DNA of 64,000 bases from the NCBI RefSeq assembly GCF_963921235.1, contig NC_086097.1, positions 71,922,001 through 71,986,000 of the forward strand, in the 5' to 3' direction. Numbering within the stretch: position 1 is the stretch's first letter; every line of letters starts with the position of its first letter. The position numbers and the translations under genes were made by a program. This document shows, piece after piece, positions 10,121-21,157 of this stretch. This DNA comes from Mobula hypostoma. Lineage: Eukaryota. The notes beneath the pieces are model-generated. The model searched no databases, was not told the DNA's origin, and saw only the letters and a program-made list of their open reading frames with translations.

Positions 10121-13100
10121 CAGTCTAATTCAATTCCTTGATTGCAATCTCTTTTTCTCACCAGTTTGCATTTAGTAACCTCCCTTTGATAGCAAAGAAA
10201 GAATATTTCTGAATGAATAATAAAAACAGAATTTAATTTGCAAGATTACTGTCAGGATATTTTGTGCGATCTAATCGGAAATGGTCATGTCACGTGATAA
10301 AATAGTAAAGTTCAAAGCCTTTCATTGGATTACTGATACTGATTTGCTGACAAATAGAGATTACAGGGATTATTGCTATGTTAATATGTTGTTGAAATTT
10401 CCCAGTGAAAGGAAGTTGTCCTACTCAACTTTAACCTCTGCGTTGGTTATTCTGACCCCACTGATCGTAAATAAGGACAAAAAAATGTCACTCCCACAGT
10501 ATTGTGTAAATCTCAGGCAGACTCATCACAATCACAAAGGAATTAAAGACTTCTTCAGCCATTTTATTTCACCCATACCAGCTGCAACAAGCATTTCTGA
10601 CTCTGCAGGTAACAGTTAATAGGGCAATGTTTTCTGCATCATTTGGAGTCATTTCTGCAAAACAGTTTAAATGTATTCATAAATTTACTGGGTTGAGTAA
10701 TTGTATTTTAAGGATCTAAAAAGAAGGCAATAAGTAAACACAGGATGCCCATTTGAACATGCTATAAAGTGAATACAGTAGGCTTCAGGCAGTTCAGCTG
10801 CCTTGAGGGGTGTATAGGCCTCTTACTAATGCACTGAATTATTATTGATGGCTGAGGCAGTTCTGCTCTGCTGGTGAACCAATAATGTCAATGCTGTACC
10901 TGAAAGATTAATTATAGGAGAGAATGGGCTGTAGTTCCCTGGGACTATGACATTAATAGAGACTGAGCTTTAGTTTCTAGGGATTCTTCAGAGTAGCAAA
11001 TGTACCAGATAATATAATACATGCTGTAGACCAATATTTACCCATTTTCATATTAGTGAAAATACAAAATCAATGAGAGTGTATAAACAAGATTTTATTT
11101 TACACTTTGAAAGTTGAATAATCTTGCATCCTCCCTGAATGATTCTTTAAAAAAAAGGAGTCCGAGGCTGTTAATTACTTTCTGCATTTTTAATCATATG
11201 GTATTGTGGCAATAATCAAGTTTGTATCAGAAACGGCTCAATTTTCATTCTCTCGGCCAGGGCATATAAGTGTAATTACGACATATGCCATTGCCTGTGA
11301 TTTTTTGAAACCATACCTACACTGAACAAAATGATGGATTGTGACATTTTACAAAAGTATAGGCAGGTGGTCATAAGTGTGTACACTGAGACACCATGAA
11401 TGCATTGAATGGACCTGCCGCTGTGTCTCCTGCTTGCACACATTGACTGGGCCTTGAAGTAGAGAGTCCAAGCAGTAGATCTGCAACCCTCTGCAAGATA
11501 ACACACATCTTCAGAAGAGGCTCCACCCCTTGAAAACCCTGACATCCTTTCACAGGAAGCATGACAGAAGGAAGAACCATGCCTCCTGATTAAAAAAGTC
11601 AGTGCTACAAAAGAGCCTTTAAATGTTTCTGATACCTAAAGACATTTAAGTCTAAAATTATTTTAAATAATTAAAACATTAAACCAAAATAACTTTAAAA
11701 AATATAAAAGGTTACCTTTTTCCTATACCCTCCAGCCTAGAACCCTGAATAAATGGAGACTCCAGTGATACAGCAGACTAGAGTGGGAAATGCTGGGTAT
11801 TCCCAGCATGACTGTGATCCATTTTGCATCAGCAACACTGCTGAGCATCAGATGTTCTGGGACCTAGTTAGCTGGGAATGGCTGAACATCAGAGATCGCT
11901 TTCAGAGTTGTTTTTAATTTTAAAAATAAGCTTCATTCATAAAAATTATATCAAAGGAAAAAAACACGGCTTTCTTTACAATATAGTGTCAACCAGATTA
12001 TATATTCATAGTATCGTCAAGTATGTACATTCATAGTGGCATCAACTTGCTACACTTTAGGTAAAAAGCACCAGTGCCATTCCTATGGCTTCTTTGGACA
12101 ATACTCTTTTTAGAACAGTTGGCCACACTTCACACATTTCACACAGTTCACACAGTTGCTACTACTTACTAGCAGAGCCTTTGAGTGCTGAATACTACAT
12201 TTAAGAGTGAGTTAAATTTGCAGCTGAGTAGTGCTGGATTCAAACAATATTGTTTGAATCACACTCAATTTCAGCACGGCTGAAGCTATTTTAGTTTTGT
12301 CAGGCTGGTGATAAAATTATTGCACTCTACTGTGGAATGTGAGAATATAAATTCTTATCCAGATCCGTCTTGGTTTGTTAATCATTCTGAAGATATGGGC
12401 AACAATACCAAGGCCAGAATTTTCTTCCAATTTGCTGGGGAAAAGGTGGTTGTGTGCTTTCCTCTTGAACCACTGCAGACCACATAAAGAATAAACTCCC
12501 ACAGGTGCTGTTTGAAAATGGGCTGCATCTTCCACTGAGTTCTACATGGATCTGCAAAATAACCAGGGTAGGCCACAGAGGAGGCAGTAGCGCAGGCTTC
12601 CTTTCCAGGAGAACTATTTGTTGCACTGGTGAGTTCCTCATGTATTTACAATTTGGTACATTACAAGAAAAGGAGCATACTATAACAGAAGAGCACTAAA
12701 ACAAAAATAGCATGGCACTGAGTCCAGATTAATGCTATTCCACCTTAATGGGTTATCCTATAAATTATATTTCTGTAATAAAAGGGCTCCACATCACTGG
12801 CTTTTACATACATTTAACTTCAGATATTTTTAAAATTTCATTTTGCAATTAAAAATTAATTTACTTGCATTATACTGGGTACTTGTAGCCTTTGGCATCC
12901 TTGGGTCCTGATATGGTTTTTCATTCAGCAAAGCTTGGGATGGTATGATGACCTTGACCTTGCAGTGTACTTTTTCTGGACTGAATTGTTTCAGAGCAGA
13001 TCATTGATGGTCCTTCCAGAGATAGGGTGAACATGAGGTAAATCACTAAGACATTTTGGCTTTGGCCCTGCCTTCCCATGGCACTAGATGAATCCTCCAC

Positions 13101-13995
13101 AGGTGTGACATAATGTCCATCTACTCTTTCCAACCTGTCCCAGATAGGTATGTGGTTACCACTCCAACTCTTGCTGTTGGTATTCCCCTTCAGTATGTTC
13201 TTTGGGTACAGCTCCTCTCTTCTACCCCATCCAGCAAAAGGTTGTATAATAGAGATTCAAGATAGAATGAATAGCAACAAGGAATATATCTACTGCTTGG
13301 TCCTTTTCACTGGTGGGAACAAGAAGCGACTTGTATTACATTTTCCACCTACAGGGTACAAATATCCCATAGGTCAAACAAACTTAATTCCAGTGGCCCC
13401 TCATTCAACAAAACAGAACCCCGTTTTTAAACTTCCAAAAATAATGGACAATAATTCTGGTCTTTATGCTTTCAGGATAAGAATCCCTAAAGCAGGAGCA
13501 GCAGTAAGTTTTATCCCTTCAACAGTTTTTATAGATTGATTGTTTGGAGATCTAATGACTCTTGAGTGTGTAGCAGTCATATGAAGGAATCTCAACCGGA
13601 GCTTCAGTGATTGCTGTAGGGCTGCTCAACTCAATTGAATTTTAATGACTGACAGCCATCGTCCTACAACATTGTTGTCCACCAATCTTGCCAGTGAAAT
13701 CTAAAAGAAAAATGAAAAAATTTCTCTGCAGCTTTCCCAGGTTAAATCCATCTTTAGGTGAATGTGAACTTTGTAGCACATGATGTTGTCATTTATGACA
13801 AGATAGACTAAATATTTTGGGGGCCAAAAATGTTCATTTGGTTATTCTCCAACTTAATTCAATTTTTGCTCAGTGGTTGGTTGCAGTCCGGCTGCAACCT
13901 TCATGGACTCAGGGTCTTGGACTCTATTTTCATTATACAACTGTATTTCACTGGTATCATATATGTGCTTGCTATCTATTATGTACTATATGTAC

Positions 13996-14681
13996 CAGAC
14001 ATCCCACCTCTCCCGGAAGTTCCGGGAGTCTCCCGCATATTGATAGTGTCTTCCTGATGACCGCAAATTACATACAATATGCCAGAAATGGATTTTTTTG
14101 AGAGTGAGCGAGAGCGAGAGAGTGAGAGAGAGCGAGAGAGAGAGCAAGAGAGAGCGCGAGAGAGAGAGAGAGTGAGAGAGAGTGCGAGAAAGAGTGTAAG
14201 AGCGAGAGAGAGCAAGAGAGAACACGAGAGAGTGAGAGAGAGCGCGAGAGCGAGAGAGAGCATGAGAGTGAGCGCGAGAGCGAGAGAGAGCGAGAGAGAG
14301 CAAGAGAGAGAGAGTGAGGGTGAGCACCATGGCAGAGTGTTCCTAAAAAAGAAAATATAAAATGTACATCACCCCAGACTATACTAAAGTGTACCCCTGC
14401 CTAACAGGGGTCAAAAATAATGACAGTGTTGCTCGCTGCACTGTTTGCAACAGTGACTTTTCTATTGCCCTTGGTGGGTTAAGACTGTAAAAGACATGTT
14501 GAGGTGAGCTTAACAGGTGTCATTCATTCATTAGTATAGCTAACGTTATTTAAACTAGCTGGCCAGCTGCTAAGGAGTTACTCTATTGCAGGCATCCCAC
14601 CTCTCCCGGAAGTTCCGGGAGTCTCCCGCAAATTGATGGTGCTATCTCCCTGAAATGAGATTTTGCAGGGTGGGATGTCTG
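13996..14681 (+). mobile_element. Non-autonomous hAT-type DNA transposon with a remnant of the transposase zinc finger
   Basis: 13-bp TIR CAGACATCCCACC / GGTGGGATGTCTG; a ~45-bp subterminal block is repeated at about 14000 and 14593; internal ...VARCTVCNSDFSIALGG/DCKRHVE. No clean 8-bp TSD. Confidence 0.8.
14100..14320. repeat. Degenerate (GA)n microsatellite inside the hAT element
   Basis: Directly visible. Confidence 0.95.
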
Positions 14682-14950
14682 ATGTCCCTTCTGGGGTATC
14701 CAGAACTAGAGGGCACAGCCGCAAAATTGAGGGGTGACCTTTTAGAACAGAGGTAAGGAGGAAATTTTTTTAGCCAGAGAGTAGTGAATATGTGGAATGC
14801 TCTGCTACAGACTGCAGTGGAGGCCAAGTCCATGGGTATTTGTAAGGCAAAAGTTGATAGTTTCCTAATTGGTCAGGACCTCAAAGGATATGCCAAGATG
14901 GAATGAATGGCCTAATTCTGCTCCTATGTCTTATAGTCTTATGGTCTTAT
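14682..14950 (+). mobile_element. CR1 3'-end fragment
   Basis: Encodes SRTRGHS...FRTEVRR..FSQRVVNMWNAL and ends in a tcttatg/gtctta tail. Confidence 0.85.
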
Positions 14951-16391
14951 AATGCACAATGGATCTCTGCAGTAAAAAATTGACAGCCAGTTGTAGAACA
15001 TTTTTTACAACTGTTACAGAATGGAGGCAGGTGATTAATATCCCTGTTATTCCTTTGATGAGAATATTTTTTCAGTCTTCTTCAGAATGAATACAGCACA
15101 CTACACGTCTGTGATGTGAATCCTATTTGTGTGCAGAGGGGACATTGATATTAACCTTTCTGATCTTGAATTATGTAAGATCTCTAGTCATCAGTAACAA
15201 CGGCATTGGTGCATTCAGTAGCCAGTGGGAAAACACAGGGCTGCTTGTACTTTCCTGGAGGACCCCTGTGTTCCTGTGTAGGTGCCTGCTCAGGAAATAG
15301 CATTCTTTAATTAGAACTCCTTGGGTAAACATTAAGAAATCTTACTATAGTGTCACTGTAATTTACACCAATGATTTGCAAGCACTATTGCCCTTTGCAA
15401 TGCTAACCAAAACTATATTAGTCAATATTTTACACAGCTGTAATTAGTGACAGTAAAATTCAAAATGCTGCCTTTAGTAGTATAGATCAGTGATTTTACA
15501 ATCCAGCCGCAGGCTCATAAGATACATAAATGTTGCTGGCAAATGCCCTAATAAAAATAAATGGGTTTCAAATATATTTATTTCTGTCACCTAAATTAAT
15601 CACCGTATCATTTTCATTCTCTCTTAACATGATCTACTTTTCAAATTAGAGGTACATAGTATTTAAAATAAATCCTGCGGGGTGATCAAGATTTATTTTT
15701 ACATCACTATCTAACATTATAGTACAGTTTTGCTGCAGCTTTAATGGGTTATCCTATGGGCTATTGGATTAGGAGATATGATTAGAAACCTTCATGATTT
15801 TATTTTGAAATGTCACTAAACAATACTAGTTCCTTGCCCCAGCTTGGTGGTGTGGCTTCTATTAAGATCGGTCTGCAAATCCCATTTGACTTGATCTATT
15901 TTTGAATGTTATAGTCGGGCTCATTTATAATCACAAGACATGAAGTACAATGTGAAGTGTCACCTTTTCACAGTTAATCTAAAATAATCCAAGGATTGAT
16001 CGATTCTGCCAACTGTCCCCCAGCATAATTTATATTGGACTCTTTAGCATCTTGCTTGCTTACGATGCAGCTCTATTATTTTTAGCATGTGCAACAATTC
16101 ATTTTGCATTTACTGCTGTCATGGCTGATAAACGTTTTGGACAAGTGTGCAAATGCATTGAATGTAAATGTATACAGGCAATCTCAAGTGCAGTAACAAC
16201 CTGGGAAAGTTGCTTTTAATCACAGCAATATGTAAAACTCAGTTTGTTTCTTCTTTGATGTGAATGAGTTTCCTGCACTTCATAAGTCCTATCAGTGGGT
16301 TGTGGTCCAGCTTTATAATTAATTAATTCATATTTCCTGATTACCCCAGGAAGAAAAGAAAATTATATAATAAAGCAGTGCATTAATGAAG

Positions 16392-17015
16392 GAGCAACAC
16401 ACACAAAATGCTGGAGGAATGCAGCAGGTCAAGTAGCATCTATGGAAGTGAATAAACAGTCAACGTTTCAGGCTGAGACCTTTTTTCTGGACTGGAAAGG
16501 AAGGAAGAAAATGCCAGAATAGGGGGTGTGGGGGGTTGGAAGAAGGATAGTTAGAAGGTGCTAAGTTAACCCAGGTGGTGGGAAAAGTAAAGGGCTGGAG
16601 AAGACAGAATCTGGTAGGAGAGAAGAGTAGACTATGAGAGAAAGGGAAAAAGGAGGGACACCAGGAGGAGGTGATAGGCTGATGAGGAGAAGAGGTAAGA
16701 GGCCAGAATGGGGAATAGAAGAAGAGGAAAGCAGGCGGGAAAATATTACCAGAAGGAGAAATCTATGTATATGCCATCAGGTTGGAGACAACCGAGATGG
16801 CATTGGAGGTATTGCTCTTCCACCCTGAGTATACTCTCATCATGGCACAAGAGGAGACCATGGACTGACATACTGGAACAGGAATGGGGAGAGGAATTAA
16901 AATGGCTGGCCACTGGAAAACTCTGCTTTTGATGGATGGAGCGGCAGAGCTCGACAAAGCAGTCCCCCAATTTATATTGGGTCTCATCAGTGTAGATGAG
17001 GCCACACCGGGTTTG
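16392..17015 (-). mobile_element. Penelope-like element fragment (GIY-YIG endonuclease plus 3' repeat)
   Basis: RCGLIYTDET..LGDCFVE...VASHFNSSPHS...EEQYL...LQPDG in ORF 16746-17207, followed by the PLE 3' block. Confidence 0.88.
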
Positions 17016-17479
17016 TGATGGATCTAGGTCAAGATTAACACAATCACGTTTGGCAATAAAATGTACATCTGCTGATATTGGTTGCCTGTAAATTACAGAG
17101 AATATGCAATACAGAGTCAGATTGTTCTGAAAATCACTCTCCTCTTTCGTGATTCTGGTCCCTAGGCTTCTCCTGAGTTTTTTTGTCACTCCACTATTAG
17201 GCATCATGATTTCAGCTGAAATAGAAGCTGAAAGTATTCTGCAATTGAAATCCCTTCTGTGGGGAGAGATACAGAGTTATGATTCATGTTGTTGACCACT
17301 CATGAATCTGATAATAGGTTATCGTCCTGAAACGTTATCTCTGTTGCCATCTCCACAGATGCTGTCTAGTCTGTTTACCTTCTATTTCTGTTTTATATTT
17401 GTAGCATCTACAGAATTTGATTTCGTATGCCTGAAGCAATCTTGACCCAGTCTCTCAATTCTTTACCTGAAACATTCTA

Positions 17480-17665
17480 CTTTCCTTCATCTCTCCTTTG
17501 TTAAGAAGTTACTTAAAACCTACTTTGAACAAGCCTTTCACTTTCCTGTCCTGACATGCTTACTGTGATTCAATGTCCTGTTTTTTTTAGTTTGATAATA
17601 CTCATGTGAGATAGTTTAAGTATGTTTCATTTTAATGAAGGATTGCTTAGATGCAATTTGGTGTG
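17480..17665 (+). mobile_element. Degraded L2-type LINE/SINE 3' tail
   Basis: 'ttaaaacctac..tgaacaagcctttc...gataatactcatgtga...ttagatgcaatttg' resembles vertebrate L2 3' ends. Confidence 0.5.
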
Positions 17666-17769
17666 CCGTTCATTGTATTTGTATTATTTGAAATATTTAG
17701 CTATCAAGTGTATCAATGAAGATTTTTGTCTGCACTTCAGAATAAACATTTACTTTTATACCCCACATA

Positions 17770-18035
17770 TTGGAATTGGAATTATTTTATTATTGCTACA
17801 TGTACCAAGATACAGTCTTGTCTTGCATACTGTTCAAACAGATCAGATTGTTACAATATGCAGTGAGGTAGAACAAACTAAGATAATAACAATGCTGAAT
17901 AAAGGGTAATGACTACAGGAAGAGTGTGGTGCAGGTGAACAATAAGGTGCAAGATGATAAAAAGTTAGATTGTAAGGTGAAGAGTCTGACTTGTTATACC
18001 AGAAACTGTTTAATAGTCTTATACCACTGTGGTAG
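17770..18035 (-). mobile_element. Rex1/Babar-like 3' fragment
   Basis: A short tandem tail (attgga)n next to sequence resembling the LxTAIRLLN end of the Rex-type ORF. Confidence 0.5.
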
Positions 18036-21000
18036 AAGAAATATACTTCCATAACTATTTTAATAAAATATATATAGCAGCCAAAATAAAAAATTAAACA
18101 AATGTGAAAATTGTGTTTGAGATCGCACACCTACTTTAGATACGTTGAACCATGGAACCATAATTACACCAAAGTTTTATCTTTAGCTTAAAAACATTAT
18201 TTATGTTCCTTTCTTGTTTTCCCATGTTTGAGTGCAAAAGTGAAGCCCAGAGGACAAGAACACAGATGCAAAAATAATGATGGAATAGGAACCAGAAAAT
18301 TATATTGAATGGCTTTTTCAGACAGTAAGATGTAGTTTCCTTGTGTTCTGTGACTGTTTTATCAGATTATTGGATCCAATGTAAGAAAATCTTTAAAACA
18401 AGTGTGAATTTCCTTTCTAAGATCACTATAGTGAAAAAATACAGTAGATTGCAAGGTAATATGAAACAGCATGGCAAATTCCACTTTGCTTCACGCTTAT
18501 TCTGGAACATACACCATGGCATCCATAGGATTCAGCATTAGGTCCCCCACTGTTTCCTATACTCTTCAAAGTCAAATACAGTATCATTCCTTTTCCCATT
18601 CTGAAATTTGTTGAAGAAATGAAACTTACCCCGTAGTAAACAGTAAGGAGGATAGAGGTAAAGCAAGGGGGAAGAGGGACTGATGGAGTAGACAGGTGCA
18701 CAGCAGATAGCATCCAACACTGCTCAACACATGACAAAACATTTTGATATGAAGGAGGAGAAAGACAATGCACAAGGAATCTTAAAGAGAGCACAAGAAA
18801 AGTCAAACCTGGACAGTTTGTTGAGAAGAAAACGAAAAATAGATAATGGCTGGTGTTTCAGATGAATCTATGTGTTCTTCTGAATAATAAACAAGAGGTC
18901 AGAAGTAGCATGGCATCTGAAGAGGGGTGTTAAAGGAGCACTGCTCATTCCGTTTTCTAAGATGCACCTGGCAGTAAAATTTACTCCACAGAATGCTCAC
19001 AGTGATATGCACAGACGTACGGTTAAAGACCCTCCTTTTGCAGGTGTTGCATTGCAGAAGAGAAAGTCATTCAAACTGAAGGTGGCAGTACAGTACTAAA
19101 GGTGGTTAAGAACAGACTGCTGTGATCAGATGGTAACCTTTCATCCTGACTGGCTGTTTCTGGTAGAAATCAGGAAGACTTTTCCAAAGAAGTGTAACAT
19201 GTCCGTAAGACCATAAAACCATAAGACATAGGAGCAGAATTAGGCTATTCAGCCCATCAAGTCTGCTCCGCCATTCCATCATGGCTGATCTCAGATTCCA
19301 CTCAACCCCATGCACCTGCCATCTTTCCATATTCTTTGATGCTCTGACCAATCAGGAAACCATCAACTTCCACCTTAAATATACCCACAAACTTGGCCTC
19401 CACCACAGTCTATGGCAGCGCATTCCATAGATTCACTACCCTCTGGCTGAAAGGATGCTTCCTTACCTCTGTTCTAAAAGGTCACCCCTCAAGTTTGAGG
19501 CTGTGCCCTCTAGTACTGGATACCCCCATCCTTTCCACATCCACTGTAACTAGTCCTTTCAAAATTTGGTAAGTTTCAATGAGATCTTCCCATATTCTTC
19601 TAAATCCCAGTGAGTACAGGCCCAAAGCTGCCAAATGCTCCTCATATATTAACCCCTTCCTTCCTGGAATCTTGTGAACATCCTCTGTACTCTCTCTAAT
19701 AACAACACGTCTTTGCTGAGAAATGAGGACCAAAACTGTTGACAGTACTCCAAGTGCAGCCTAACTAGTGTCTTATAAGGCATCAGCATTATCTCCTTGC
19801 ATTTATATTCTGTTTCCCTTGAAATAAATGCCAACATTGCATTTGTCTTCTTTACCACAGACTCAACCTGTAAATTAACCTTCTGCGAGTCCTGCCCGAG
19901 GACTCCTAAGCCCTTCTACACCTCTGAAGTTTGAACCTTCTCCTTATTTAGGTAATAGTCCACACTATTGTTCCTTTCACCAAAATGCATTATCATACAT
20001 CTCCCAATACTGTATTCCTTCTGCCACATTTTTGCCCATTCTTCAAATTTGTCTAAGTCTTGCTGCAAACACCTTGCTTCCTCAGCACTTCCTACTCCTC
20101 CATCTATCTTTGTATCACCTGTAAACTTTGCCACAAAGCCATCAATTCCATTATCCAAATCATTGATAAACAATGTGAAAAGTGACGGTCCCTGAGGAAC
20201 ATCAGTAGTCACTGGCAGCCAACCAGAAAAAGTCCTCTTTCATCCCACTCACTGTCTCCTGCCTGTAATGCCATAGGATTGTATCTTGATAAGCAGCCTT
20301 ATGTGTGGCACCTTATCAACTGCCTTCTGAAAGTCCAAGTAAATGACATCCAGTGCCTCTCCTTAGTCCGACCTGCTTGTTACTTCCTCGAAGAACTCTA
20401 AAAGGCAAGATTTCCCTTCACAGAAACCATGCTGACTTTGACTTATTTTATCATTAGTCTCCAAGTGCTTTGAAACTTCATCCTTAATAATAGACTCCAA
20501 CACTTTCCCAACCACTGACGTTAGGCTAACTGGTCTATAACTTCTGTTCTCTTGCCTTCTTGCCTTCTTAAAGTGGATTGACATTTGCAATCTTCCAGTC
20601 CCTGGGACCATGCCAATATCAAGTGATAATTGAAACACTGCTACAGTGAAGACAGATGCAAAGTACCCATTAAGTTAATCTGCCATCTCTTTGTCCCCCA
20701 TTACTACCGCACCAGCATCATTTTCCAGTGGTCAAATAACAACTCTTACCTCCCTTTTATTCTTTATATAACTGAAAAAACTTTCGGTACCCTGCTTTAT
20801 ATTATTGGTCAGTTTACCCTCATATTTCAATTTTTCCCTCCTTATTGTTTTTTTAGTTGCCTTTTGTTGGATTTTAAAAGCTTCCCAATCATCCAACTTC
20901 CCACTCACTTTTGTTACCTTATATGCCCTTTCCTTGGCTTTTATGTAGTCCTTAATGTCCCTTGTCAGCCACAGAGTCCTACCTCTGTCATAGAACATAG

Positions 21001-21157
21001 AACATAGCAATCTACAGTACATTACAGGCCCTTCGGCCACAATTTTGTGCTAACCATGTAACCTACTCTAGCAATTGCCTTGAACTACCCTACTGCATTG
21101 CCCTCTATTTTTCTAAGCTCCATGTATCTGTCTAAGAGTTTCAGAAAAGACCCTATT

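Noticed and set aside
11276..11580. Possible Harbinger transposase relic
   Set aside because: Only vague resemblance; no catalytic motifs or TIRs could be identified.
13150..13539. 129-aa ORF with a hydrophobic N-terminus as a secreted protein
   Set aside because: No recognisable domain or supporting gene structure; an ORF of this length can occur by chance in 64 kb.
13979..14360. Arg/Glu-rich and Ser/Leu-rich ORFs
   Set aside because: They are translations of a GA microsatellite.
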